Positions 38,291 through 51,343 of a stretch of DNA of 64,000 bases are shown in pieces. The position numbers and the translations under genes were made by a program. The stretch comes from Cetorhinus maximus (Eukaryota): assembly GCF_964194155.1 (NCBI RefSeq), contig NC_135888.1, positions 102,982,001-103,046,000 of the forward strand. The letters run 5' to 3'. Each line of letters opens with the position of its first letter. Within the stretch, counting starts at the first letter, position 1. The notes under the pieces were generated by a model that saw only the letters and a list, made by a program, of their open reading frames with translations, did no database searches and had not been told where the DNA came from.

Positions 38291-39967
38291 ATCTGGTTTC
38301 CTGGCTGATATTCCTCCCTCAATCTACACCACCAAGGCTGTATTCTTGGCTGAAAACCCAGACATTCATTAGCCTGTTGAAAGACCAGAACCCAAGAGAA
38401 AACATTGATGGACAGCTCTGGCTCTCTGACCTCTGCTGTCAATTTCACAATGTTTATGTACAAAGGTTAAGAGATTAAAAGTGCTTCCAGTTTCAGCTAC
38501 TGAAAATTTAAAAGGTCTGGATGATTGACACTTTTACTACCCTGTAGTGAAAGGTGTTTTTTTCACATAGTGGAAAGTTATGAATGAATGACTGTTTTTA
38601 AAGCTTTTTTTTTTACACATCCTATTGTCACAATAGAACACCTTGGTTCTATGTAGCATATAGTGGGTCAATGGGCATGGAAGAGCCAATGCTTGGCATA
38701 TGGGCCATGAGGGGTCATGAGGGTGGGTGGAGGGGCATACCCTGGCACAGGTGCCATTAGGGGCCAGAGGGTGTTTCATGGGGCATACCAAGAAATGGGG
38801 GCAGGAGAGGCCATAGGGGGTGGGCGGGGGCTCATACCTTGGCATGGGGTGCATGAGGAGTCGGGGGTTGTTTGGTAGGACATATATTGGCATGAGGGGC
38901 TATGGAGGGTGGCGGGGAGGCATGAGGTGGCATGGATGGTGCATGGGCAGTGTGTGGGGGATGTGAGGGTTCAGGACTGGCAGGCCTTTCTGTTTTTATT
39001 TTAACTGAGACAAAGCCCCACAGCACCGAAGCAGGGCTTTTAAACAGTCCGCTTTGGCACCTGGCAGCCTCTGTGGCTGCCTTCGAACATTTTCCCAGGT
39101 CGGCTGGGCCCAACTCTAGCTCGCACCCACTCCCTCAGCCATAATGAAAATCATGTCCTTGCGGGCACTTTCTCACAAAAGGCCTACATGTGCAATTGCA
39201 TCAATGGATTGTAGTTACTGCGAACATTTTCCATCACCTCAGAAATCAAGGGTGTTGAAGATTTCTTGCTCTATTTTGTATGAATGGACAGAGAACTGAG
39301 ATTTTTGTTTTAATTCAGTGTTTGCACTGGTTTGAAAATGTTTTTTTGTCTGAACAAGATTAAAGACCAGTGAATCAACTCTATTGTCATTTGGGATCGA
39401 CGGAGTTGTACTTTTGCTAAGCATAGGGAAGTGTGGGAAGTGTGATGATTTGACAAACCTGAATTAGATAAGAAGTGTAAGTGTTGTAATTAATGTTGTC
39501 TTTGTGACCCTTTGTCTTGTAGAGACAGTGCCAGCTTACTTTGTACAAATCATCAAATTCTGGGTAGCCAACCTTTGATTGACTGAGAACCATTTGAACC
39601 TCAGATTCTTTTTTTAGTTTACATTTACTTTTGCTGTGAAATGAAAAGTAGCAACAGGAAAAAAATACACATTTAATGAATAACAAACAAATATACCAGC
39701 ATCTGTATGCAGTGGTATAGTGAAGGCATGGATTTCTCTGGCTATTAACACATTAGGCATTAACTCACTCAGCCGTCATTGTGCCAGATTTAACCTGCCT
39801 ACACTTTCTCCTAGTAAAACCAGAGCGTATATATTATACCTATCAAAATGACTAAGTGTTATGGCTATTATTTGATGAAAAAGGAAAATAACTATTCTCA
39901 CGATGAATGGGCGTCCATGGGCTTGTTATGTATCTTCTACAGAATATGTATGTTTTAACTGCAGCAG

Positions 39968-40690
39968 AGGAATTTAGGAAAAGGAGTAGGCCACTCCTCC
40001 CTCAAGTCTGTTCCACTATTCAATGAGATTATGGCTGATCTGTATTTTACCTCCATCCACCAGCATTGGCTCCATGTCCTTTTATGCTGTAGGCTGGCAA
40101 AAGTCTATCAATCTCAGATTCAAAATTGTTGAAATTGCACCTTTTTTGTAAGAGAAAATTTCTCATTTCTATCACTCTTTGCGAGAAGTTTCCTAACTTC
40201 CCTCCTGAACGGCCTGGCTCAGATTTTAAGGTTATGTCCTCTTATCCCCACGAGAGGAAACTTTTTCTCTCATCTACCCTATCAATTCCTTTCAAAGTCT
40301 AAAAACTTCAATCAAATCACCCCAAATTCTTCTCTATTCCAAGGAATACAAACCTAGTTTATGTAATCTCTCTGCATATTCTAGCCCTTGGAGCCTTAGT
40401 AACATTCTGATTAGTCTGCACTGCATTCGTTCCAAGGACAATATATCCCTTCTAAGATGCTGAGGCTAAGCTGTATACAGTACTCCAAACCAGGGCTTGT
40501 ATCACTGTCCCAAAACTCCCTCCTTTCTACATTCCTGCTTTGTAGCTATAAAGACTAACATTCCATCAGTCTTTTTGATTTTTTTTGTACCTGACTACTG
40601 CATTTTAATGATCTGTGGACCTCTAAATCTCTTTGGATTTCCACTGGTCCTAGCTATTCATTATTTAAATAATACCAGTCGAATACATAG
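39968..40690 (-). mobile_element. CR1 3' fragment
   Basis: AGGAGTAGGCCA..TTCAATGAGATTATGGCTGATCT tail similar to 58720-58780. Confidence 0.65.
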
Positions 40691-43600
40691 CCCGATTCAG
40701 ATCTGGATATCTAGCGAGCTGTTGTGGCCAGCATGAGCCAAGGAGTTGTTTTTTACTGCCCATAATACTTTTACAATTGCACATTTGTAAGGATTTTAGA
40801 GCAGATTGGATACTATGTCACCTGTGTGATTTATATAAAATTCATGAGAACCAACAGCATCACTTTTTTTTCATTTGCATCAACAAATTAAATTAACTTT
40901 TTACTTAAAATGAAAAGTTAGCTGAAACCATTCCAGATGTAGAGGTACACAAACAGGTTAACATGGGAAGGTCAGTATTACATGCTTTCAAATCACATTC
41001 AAGGGTGAACCATTGCTGCGTCACTTTTGAAACTTGCATAACAATATAGATGTTTAAAAATGTAGAATGCTTTTCTGATGATATAACTGAAATGCAAGGA
41101 CCAATCAAAATGTTTATATACAGCATCAATCTACTAATATACTTGATTTTCACCATTTGTGCAATCGTCAGCATTTAAGAGCTGTGCAGATTCCGAATGA
41201 AAGTGAAGAATGTATCAAGTCATTAAAACCGTTAATGCAAGACTCAGTAGAAACAGCAATCATTGATAAGCTGACAGCAGTCTAAAGAACTGTTGGTAAA
41301 ATACTGTAAAACTCTGGTGATTACTGTGATGGGAAAAGTGGCAGGAGGAACCCATGGAGATTTCTGTACTGCAGCCCACAGAATCCCAAATGAATGGTAA
41401 TTTTGCAATAAATAGAGTCAGTCAATAGAAACACGTCAATGTAGTACAACAGCTGGTATGGAAATTTGTAACAATCCAAAGCTTCAAGATCTGACATAAG
41501 CTATAAAGAAATAAAAGATGGTCTAAACTGCTCTACAAGGTCTTTCTCATGAGTATATTAAAAGGCCAGATAGATGTGTTACAGGCTAAGTTCATATATC
41601 ACACACTCCCTGTAGTGAAATGTACTCAAAGGAAATGCGGATCAGAGACAGGGTTACAACAACCTATGCTGCCTTTAAGTGCAGCTACCACTAGAAGCAT
41701 GGATTTATTAAATTTACCATCGTACTTTATGAAAGAGATGCTCCGGGGAAGATCAGAAAAATTGTATTTGTGAGCCTTATTCCAATAATCTATTTGGTTT
41801 TTTTTTTAAGGGGAAAGATTACAAGTGAAGAGTGCCTCTTATTAAAACTGCCTCCTCCCATCCCCCAATAGAATTATCATACTCTTCATCATCTTCATCT
41901 CAGGCTAAACCTTTGCTGGCATATATTGATAATACTATTGCAAAAATAGCATTCACTCATTCTGTTTTTACTGTATATTTGTGCTGAAATGTTTCCGACA
42001 TAGGGACATAAGGATGACAACATAATCCCTCCTGAATTGTATTCTCTGATCTAGAACATGACATGAGTTTAGGAGAGCCATAGCATTAACCAGACATCAT
42101 CTGAGGTAGGCTGTGTGCACTATTCTTGGCTCGGCTTGTGACTCTGGGTAGGCGGGTCCCATTTATGTTGATTTAAATTGGAACACTTTCTATGGGAATA
42201 ATTTAATGGGCAAAAGCAATCATGATTTCACCCACTTGAAGATGACTGGACCCATTGAGAGATGAATCACTATATCTGCAGTGACATTCTAAGGTCAAAT
42301 TTAATCAAATTGCAGGTTCAATCCAAGCTGATCGCCAGCAGATTCAGAGCTGAAGTATCTGGCCTCTGTGCACTGATCACCTCATTCTCTCCTGCTGATT
42401 TTCCCATTGTCTGAAATTAACCATCATCCACGTGACACTAAGGACTCATATAAATTCAACGTCAAACATTCCAAAAGTCCAGTTGCAACTAGCAGAACAT
42501 AGTCAAAAATTGTGGAGCCCCACTAAGCTTGACAATAATAAATGATACTACATGCCATGGATTCTATTACTGCAAATTAAAACCATTGTCGGCATAAATA
42601 AGGGGTTGCTCATTTTTGGGGTGATGTGTGCATTCTTTAGATTTTTAGATCTCAAAATTGTGGTTTCATATAGAGGGACCAACCCAGAACAACTGACCAT
42701 TTTCTCTAAAAATGCAGTAAAATACAATAGACTGCTAATTTGCAAAAGGGTAGAGCACAGCAAAGCTTGCGTTGGAATTTCAGTAGAGCAGCATAAAAGG
42801 AATTTGAGCGAGCAGTCCTTCGTGTGCTGATTTATTGATTTCATTCTTGTCATCTTAGCTGGTGAGGAACAGAAGCCAGCAGTTCTCTAAAGGGATAGAA
42901 CAACTTACAAAGTTACAATCACTGTATAGAGCACTCTCATATGCTTGTTGCTAGATGGGTAGATAAAGCTGCAACTTGCAAATTGGAAAAACAGACCTGG
43001 GAAGTGGAGTCTGTTCTTTTTACTTTAAATCCGTTATAGACTTTAACCTGTATACTTATAGAAGTGGCTCCTAGCAACTGGGGAAATAATAGCTGAATGA
43101 GGTACTTAAGTATGGTTGCTTTGATGAGAAATAGTATCAATAAAGAATAGTTTTAATTTGTAAAATCATTCATAGCAGCACAAATCCTATAATGATAGCT
43201 TTCAGACTTATGTCAACAGACAGAATAAAATATCAAGCACTGATTATTCTTTTGAACTCCAGACTTTTTTTTTAAAGCCCATGAGAGTTAAATCCATTGA
43301 CAGCTTTGATAGTTGCAATTAGTTTTGAGGGCATTGACAGCTTTGTCAGTTCTTTGACAGCTTGACAGTTCCAAGGAGTTTATGCACTTTTTATACACAA
43401 TCATATTTACTTTTAATAATCCCAAAGGGTGCTTTAACTCCCCCAAAGGGTGCCTTACCTCTCCCAAGGGTGTCCCAGGACCAGATTTTCTCAGAAGTTT
43501 GTGCCCTTCCACGGGCTAAATCATATAGCTACAAGCTGAAGGGACCTGCTGCTTTGATAGAAAGAGATGGCTAGTATGCTGCAAAATTTTCAAAGAAACT

Positions 43601-44864
43601 TCCTCTGTGCACGGTTGCAGTCTTACCCCACTGGCACAGGTTCCTTACACAGGTCAGGCTCAATGCCCCTCTGGCAGATGTTGGGACCCAGCAGGTGGTC
43701 CCTACATTATTCTTGTTTTTCAGATGGTATGAAACACAATGGAGGCCATAGTTCCCTTATTTAAAATTTGTCAAAATGCACCTATCTATGTGTTGGTGGG
43801 CATAGACTCCCATGTGACAACGGACACACAGAGAGCAGGTTGAGATACAACCTGGTTTGTTTTCCACCCTCTGTGAAGGCACTCAAGTGAACTTCTGTTG
43901 ATGGATTCCTCTCAATGCCGGAACCAGGAATGGCTCTGCCTGATTTCTAGATACAGACTTAGTTTTTGTTTGGTTAGGGGAGACCAAACAAGATAATATT
44001 TATAATATTTAAATATGGGTTAACTGTAATCTTTCACTGTAGAATGGAATTTGGAATTATTTATTTCATCTTTGATCGCAATCTCTGCAAATTTAATGGG
44101 TAAACAAACTGTTCTGATGAAGTTTCATTTACTCTGAGTGACTTGAAGATAGTCAGTTTTTAGGTTTTTATTTGAAAATATTTATTTACACTATTTACCA
44201 GGACCTCATGGGAAGGATGTTGCTCTCTGGACACAGACTGTTTTGTGTCTTGCTCTCTTGGAGCCTTTTGGCCATCTGACCCTGACGTCATGCTTACATC
44301 ATCACACCATCATTGTCTAATTAACATAACCATTAACCCTTTACTTTACATCTCCACCCAAGTTTAATCCCAAAACTGTTAAATTATTTTGTTAAACTAT
44401 TTTTAAAAAACTATTTACAGTCCCACCATCTCGCCCCAAAGTCATAACCTCACAGGTTGGGACTATCCGGTGCTTTTACAACTCCCCCTCATCTCAACTT
44501 GAGTATTCTCGATCGAGGGTGTTGGGCTGCACTCAGTTCCTGGACTCGAGCATCATTTCTGGGAATGTTGCAGTAGAGTTAATCTTGTCACTCTCATTAT
44601 GGTAATACTGGAATGACTGTTTCCTTGTGGCTTCTAAGGGTATCAGAGCCTTTCTGTTTCTTTGGAGAACTCCAAGTGGTGTTTTGACAAGGTATGATCA
44701 TGGCTACTGAATTTTTTCTATGACTGTATCTTTCGCCTGACAGTCTTTTACCAACACCTTTTGCCCAGTTCTAACATGGGTAGTGTTCTCACTCTATGCC
44801 AGTGATTAAATCAGCTAGACTGTTTCTCTTTGTATGTTTGCTCGTGACACCTTACTCAGTCATG

Positions 44865-46288
44865 GAGTGGAATTCCCAGATTTGCACTAAGTGCAGTAGT
44901 GGATGGGAAAAATAACGTTTTACCCGCTGGCTGCAATGGTGGCTTCTCATGCCTTATCATCCCAAACTCCCCGCATTAATTATGTGTTCCCAGGAACACA
45001 CCATTTCCATGGCAGGCAGGCTCTCATTTGCCCGCCACACCATCACCTCACTGCTTCATCACGCTGGGCGCCATTTTTAAAGTGAACCCATGCGCACACC
45101 TCTCAGTGCTAGAGTCATAGAGGTCTTCAGCACAGAAAAAAGGCCCTTCAGCCCATCGAGTGTGCGCCAGTCAAACAAGTACCTACCTATTCTAATCCCG
45201 TTTCCCAGCACTAGGCCCATAGTGCTCCCAGCCCAGAACTGCTGCACAGAAGACAGGATGGCCCCGAAAGGCAAAAAGACTGCAGCCCCTAGGTTTAGTG
45301 ATGCATCCCTCGAGCGCCTTTTGGATGCCATGGAGACCCGCCCTGATGACCCCTACTCCCGCTCTGGCCGCAGGAGGGGCAGCAACATTACCACTCCAGC
45401 TTGGTAGGCAATAGCAGTGGTGATCAGCAACAATGCCCCACTGAAGAGGTTGGCCATCCAGTGCAGATAGAGGATGAATGATCTCATCCATGCTGCCAGG
45501 GTAAGGCAACCATTTCATCACTCTAAACTCACACACTCACAAGGCCATCACACATTCACTGGCATCTCACTCACTGCCAGCTCAGGGGACATCACCACTC
45601 ATTCTTTCACACACCCTCACATGTCCATCTGGCATCATCTCTTCTGGAGGCTGCCTCCTCAGCCCTCACCATCTTGACGCCACTTGCACAGATCAACTTG
45701 TGCCCCCACACACACCCTGGAATACCCCCACTTCCCCAGTACAGCCTCACCCTGCAGTCTCTTCCCTTGCCTGAGGCCACTTCTTCCGCTTCCCCAAGCA
45801 AGCCCCAGCCCTGCAGCCATATAAAGCCACCCCTGCCTTATGGCTAGTCTGGTAGGTAGAGACCTGCCCGTGAACCCCCCTAAAGGTGTTGTGGTGCTGC
45901 CTGTGAAGCCAGCACTGATGACTGGGAGTGCTGCCCGAAGCAAGGTAGTCAAACAAACCTCAAAGTCCCGAGTGAAGTGCAGTTCGCCAGGTGCATGTCG
46001 CTTATGTGCTGTTGCGAAACACGTCGGGGTGCAATCACGATGTGGGTGGACGATCCAGCATGGGGGGGTGGATGAGTCCAGTGGGTTAGTCTTATAATGA
46101 TATGCAGACGTATTACAATGAGGTTCCCGACATCCAATGGCGGGAGACACGACTGCCATCAACGAGCTGAGTGGATGATCACAAACCAGTTTCACGACAT
46201 TATGAAACCAATTTTTGGCCTTCTTGTCATATTGTCCACACACGCTGCCGAACACGCCTGACGCCAGCAGACATGGAAAATTCCACCC
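44865..46288 (+). mobile_element. Non-autonomous Harbinger derivative with Myb/SANT exon (copy 2), nested in the Gypsy integrase
   Basis: TIRs GAGTGGAATT / AATTCCACCC; 3-bp TSD ATG (44862-64 / 46289-91); MAPKGKKTAAPRFSDASLERLLDAM..MNDLIHAAR followed by a GTAAG donor. Confidence 0.8.
45111..45220 (-). mobile_element. Short CR1 tail inserted into the Harbinger derivative
   Basis: AGTGCT TSD (45105-10 / 45221-26). The empty site is present in copy 1 at ~30454. Confidence 0.75.
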
Positions 46289-49200
46289 ATGGTCTTGTAT
46301 GGTGATGGTGGGTCTCAATTGATGTTGCAATGAAGGAAGTTGTGTCTTTAGCCTTCTCCCCATCAGTAGTTCAGCTGGCAAAAAGCCACTCCTTAATGGC
46401 GTTGCCCTGAAATTGAGTAAGGCTCGCTCTAGATCATTGTTCATTTTCATGGTTTTACCCCTCTGTCTGCTTCTCCATTAGCCTGCAGATGGTGTGGAAA
46501 ACTGGTCACATGGTGAAATTCATTCACTGCGAATTGTTGGAAGTGTGCATTCATAAGCTGTGGACTCTTGTCCGAGATAACCTCATCTGGAATGCCATAG
46601 ATCGAGTAAATACGTTTCAAATCTTTTACCACAGCTTCTGTGGTTGTGGTATGGAGTCTGCTGATTTCCGGCCAGTGAGGGTAATAGTTGATGACTAAAG
46701 GGTAGATTTTTTTCTCTGAAGTCTAACAGGTCCATTGCTAGACCCTGCCAAGGCCTGGATGGAACTGTTGATGGTAGCAACATCTGTTGGCTCTTGTCTG
46801 TTGATGGCACAGGTATGGCACGTCAAAATAAATTATTCAATAGATTTAGAAATTCCCGGCCACCATACTAATTGTTGTGCCTATGCTTTGCATTTGTTAA
46901 TGCCCAAATGACCACTGTGGAGTTTTTGGAGAATGTCTGCACATCACTCTCAGGATTACTAGCCTGTCATTGAATACTAGAAGGTCACCAACAATTGTCA
47001 GATGTTTTTGTTGCTCGTGATATTGTCTTAACACCTGACAGCTTGGGACATATTCAGACCAACCTTCTTGGCAGTATGTTCTGACCTGACTGCATTCTGC
47101 ATCCTTCAGCTGGGCTTTCCTAATCTCCCTGAGTTTGTTTGCAGTTGTTGCAGAACTTGTTATTGATGAAGAATATACTTTCACTTCAGAGATGGGTGTC
47201 AAGTGATGTTCTGTAGCCTGGTCGACTGTAACTCTCGATAATGTGTCGGCAGTTTTCTGACTTTTCCCTGGCATGTACTTTGTTGTAGAGTCATAGCGCA
47301 TGAGTCTTGGCCAGAAACGTTGTATCCTTGGCAACATCTTAGCAATTTCCTTGGAGTTCAGTAGAGTGAGGTTTATGGTCTGTCTCAATCCTGAATTGTA
47401 AGCCCATTGAGTAATCTGAAATGTTTTCGCAAGCCCATGTCGCCATTAGTGCTTCCCTTTCAATTGTTGCATAACATTTTTCAGTCTCTGTCAATGATTT
47501 AGAGGCATAGCAAACCAATATTTTCCTGCCATCATCCTGGATCTGTAGAATAATGACTACGAGCCCCATTGCTAATGCATCAGCTGCCACTATTGTCTGC
47601 AGTTTGGGGTCATAATGTGCAAGCACGTCTGAAGAGATGATTGGCTTTTCAATCTTGTCAACTCCCCAATACCACTGCTGACTCTTTCTCAGCAGGTCTT
47701 GTAAAGGTTCGTTGATGGCAGACAGATTTGGGATGAAATTTCCCCACCTGATTGACCATGCCTAAAAATCTTTATATGTCAGCAACACTCTTGGTATTTT
47801 GGGGGCCTACTGTTGTCCCTTTTTAGCTGTATAATATAGCCTAAATATTTGATGTTGGATTTCCCAACCTCTCACTTTTCACTCAGAGTGAGGCCTGTTT
47901 GTTCAAGCACTTTCAAAAGCTCCCAGATACTATGATCGTGCTCTTTTTTGGTAGCACTATGGATGAGCAGATTTTCCATGTGGCAAATAATGTCTTTTCT
48001 GCCTCTGAGCATGTTGGACATAGTGCTTTGAAAGATTTCTGGTGCAAAGTATATGCCAAAGGGAAGTTGATTGAAGCAAAAGTGACCGAGGGGTGATAAA
48101 TGTTGTCAGCAATCTTCATTCTTAGTTAAGGGGGATCTGCCAGAAACCACTGTTGGAATCCAGCTTCGTAAAAAGAACACTTTTGGACAATCTCGCCGGA
48201 CTGTCATCAACAGAAGACATTGGGCGTATCTCTCCTTGAATAGCTTTATTTAGCTGTGTCAGATCAACACAGAACCTGATTTCACCATTAGGTTTATGGA
48301 CTGTCACTAGACCTGAGCACCATTTTGTAGGCACTGTAACAGGAGAGATAACTCATTGACGCAGCATCCTGTCACCGTGCTCTTTGGCTTTCTCGATCAG
48401 TAGATAATGTACCCTCCCAGGGGTAAATAAGCAGACGAGTTTGGCATCCAGGAGTAGAGCAATGTGATATTCAATTTTGAGCTTTCCCAATCCCCGGAAT
48501 AACCTAGGAAATTCATTCCTAGTACAGCCTTGCTGTCATTCTGTGTTATCTCTTTGACTCTTTGTAGAAGACTGAGTTACGAACATGCTGTTCTGCTGAG
48601 CAGAGAAAGTTTTTGATTCCCTAGGATAGAGAGTTTCATTAATTTCTTTATCGTTTTGCCTAAGGATTGTAGTGATCCAGCCCTTCACTTTGAGGTCTGT
48701 GCCTCCTGGCCTCTGCAGCTTTATTTTTGATGGCTGGATCTCAACATTATTAAGCCAGTCCAATTTATCTGACAAGACTGTGAACCCAGCCCAGTGTGTA
48801 GTTTAAATTCTGTCCTGTATCCTTTGACTTCCAGCTCTACAGATCAGAACTACTTGTTGGGGTCTTTTATTTACCCCAGGAAATCTTTATTGTGAATGTC
48901 TTGTTCTTGCTTTCTTCCTTTCAATTGTACTTTAGACCTGCAGAATTGTTTAAAATGTCCAGTTTTTGTCCACAGGTAAAGCATTCGGCCCCTACTGCTG
49001 GGCAGTATTTGTGACGATTGCTGCCTTTTGGCGCTGTAACTAGAACATTTTAACATAGGTGGAAGAGTTTTTCCCACCCCATGGTGGTTTTTGCAGGCTT
49101 TTTCAGTGCCTTTTGGTGGGTGGAGCTCCCAACTTTGGGCCTACATACTACGCCTATCCCCCCTGAACCTCGATGTCTCCCTGAAGTGTAACCCAATTCT

Positions 49201-50118
49201 GTTGTCACAGCTCTACTTGCTTTGCAAACTCTTCAGCCTTCTCTAATGTTAAATCCTCTTTGGTTTGCAAAATGTCTGACAGCACATCCTCAAGCCCGTC
49301 GAATACGATGTGGTCACGAATTAACTCATGCTTTAAAGCACTGACTACAACTGCTGGCCAGTCAATACAGATCATTAACAAATGAATCAGTGGATTCACC
49401 AGCCTTTCGCTCCTTTCATTGAATCTCACCCGTTCAATGATCAGATTCTTCTTGGGGCTGAAGTAATTATTGAAGGCCCTCAGAATCTCCTTGTAGGATT
49501 CCAATGTCTTCTTGACTCCTTGTCTTGCCAGGTCATCATCAGCTAAGCCCCCAGCTGCATTTTGAAGCATACTGACCTTGTGTTTTTGTGCCTTTTCTTG
49601 TAAGCCCGATGCTGTTCGGTACCTTTCAAACTGTCTCCTCCAGAGCTCTGACCATTGTCTTTGTTGTGGACCCTCATTGCTTTGGAAGGGCTGTGGAAGA
49701 GATTGTGGCTGTTCATTGGCTGTTGACATCCTGAGTGGTTCACTGTCCCCTACCAAGATAGGTTCTATTTTGTCCTTCTTTGTTGCGAAGTTGAGCTGTT
49801 CCAAGGTCTTCACCAGTGGGTTACCAATCAGTGGTCTTAGTTTCTTAAACCGCCACCTCCAGTGCTGCCACCATGTTTTGATGAGGTTTTACTTACTCTG
49901 TGACTGACTTGGAGATAGTCAGTTTATAGTTTTTCTTGAAACTACTTATTTACACAATTTACTAAGACCTCATGGTAAGTACATTGTTCTCTGGGCTTAA
50001 ACTGTTCTGTGTCTTGCTCTCTTGGAGCCCCTTAATCACCTGACTCTGATGTTATGCTTACATCATTACCTAATTAACATAACCATTAACCCTTTACACA
50101 AAGAACATGTTATTCTGA

Positions 50119-50302
50119 TACAAAAAAAATACTGCAGATGCTGGAAATCTGAAATAAAAACAGAAAATGCTGGAAACGTTCAACAGGTCGGGTAGCATCC
50201 ACAATTTTGATGTAGGGTCATCGACTTAAAACATTAACTCTGTTTCTCTCCACAGATGCTGCCTTACCTTCTGAGTATTTCCAGCATTTTCTGTTTTTAT
50301 TT
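50119..50302. mobile_element. Palindromic Penelope pLTR mini-element with 12-bp TSD (older subfamily)
   Basis: ATGTTATTCTGA at 50107-50118 and 50303-50314; arms ~50152-50199 / 50255-50302; decayed hammerhead TTGATGTAGGGTCATCGACTTAAAACATT between them. Confidence 0.85.
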
Positions 50303-50857
50303 ATGTTATTCTGAAATGGGTTATAGAATGCACACAATTTAAAATTTCTCAGGCGCAGTGTAATGAAAGTGTCTCTGATGCCTTTTGGTACATTGTCTAG
50401 AGAAAGGAAAGAATGAACAAAGGAGAAAAAGCCAAGAATGAATCGATAGAGATAAAGTAATACAATATAGTATTGGACCATATTATTGGCTTAATTTTCT
50501 ATAAGTATTTAAATAAGTAAACACCAAGAACAGTTTAGATGCAATCTGTACAGAAAAGTCTGATCAGTATTTGGAAACATTTCTGTAATTAGAAGCTCCC
50601 TCTTTACAGGCGTAGTATCTTCATGGAAACTGACAATTCATTGCTTGTTGACACAAAACATAATATGGCGATGTAAATCATGTTGAGACACATCATCATA
50701 TCACTTGTATGTGATATTACTGCAATGAAAGTGCCTCACCCTTCTAGCTGTTGTCCCTTTCAGGGTGAAGGGGCTTGTGGAAAAAAAACACTCAGAAAGA
50801 CAATATCCCTTTAAATCAGTGGCATTCTGTCATAAAGTTTTGCAGTAATCAAACTAA

Positions 50858-51343
<486 letters not shown>

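Larger units (their letters stand above)
44110..50098 (-). mobile_element. Full-length decayed Gypsy/Ty3 LTR retrotransposon
   Basis: LTRs 44110-44350 and 49874-50098 (TG..CA); PBS TGGTGGCAGCAC (tRNA-Leu type) 49862-49873; PPT 44351-44359; near-TSD CAAAC/CAAAG; gag 49205-49813, RT (IRFCVDLTQLN, KLDSNSGFWQI), RNase H (ADA..YASKSL..IEREALM..ETDHKP), integrase (GIPDEVISD..QANGEADR). Confidence 0.9.

Noticed and set aside
45659-46450. 263-aa minus ORF
   Set aside because: Chimera of Gypsy integrase C-terminal codons reading into the antisense of the nested Harbinger derivative.
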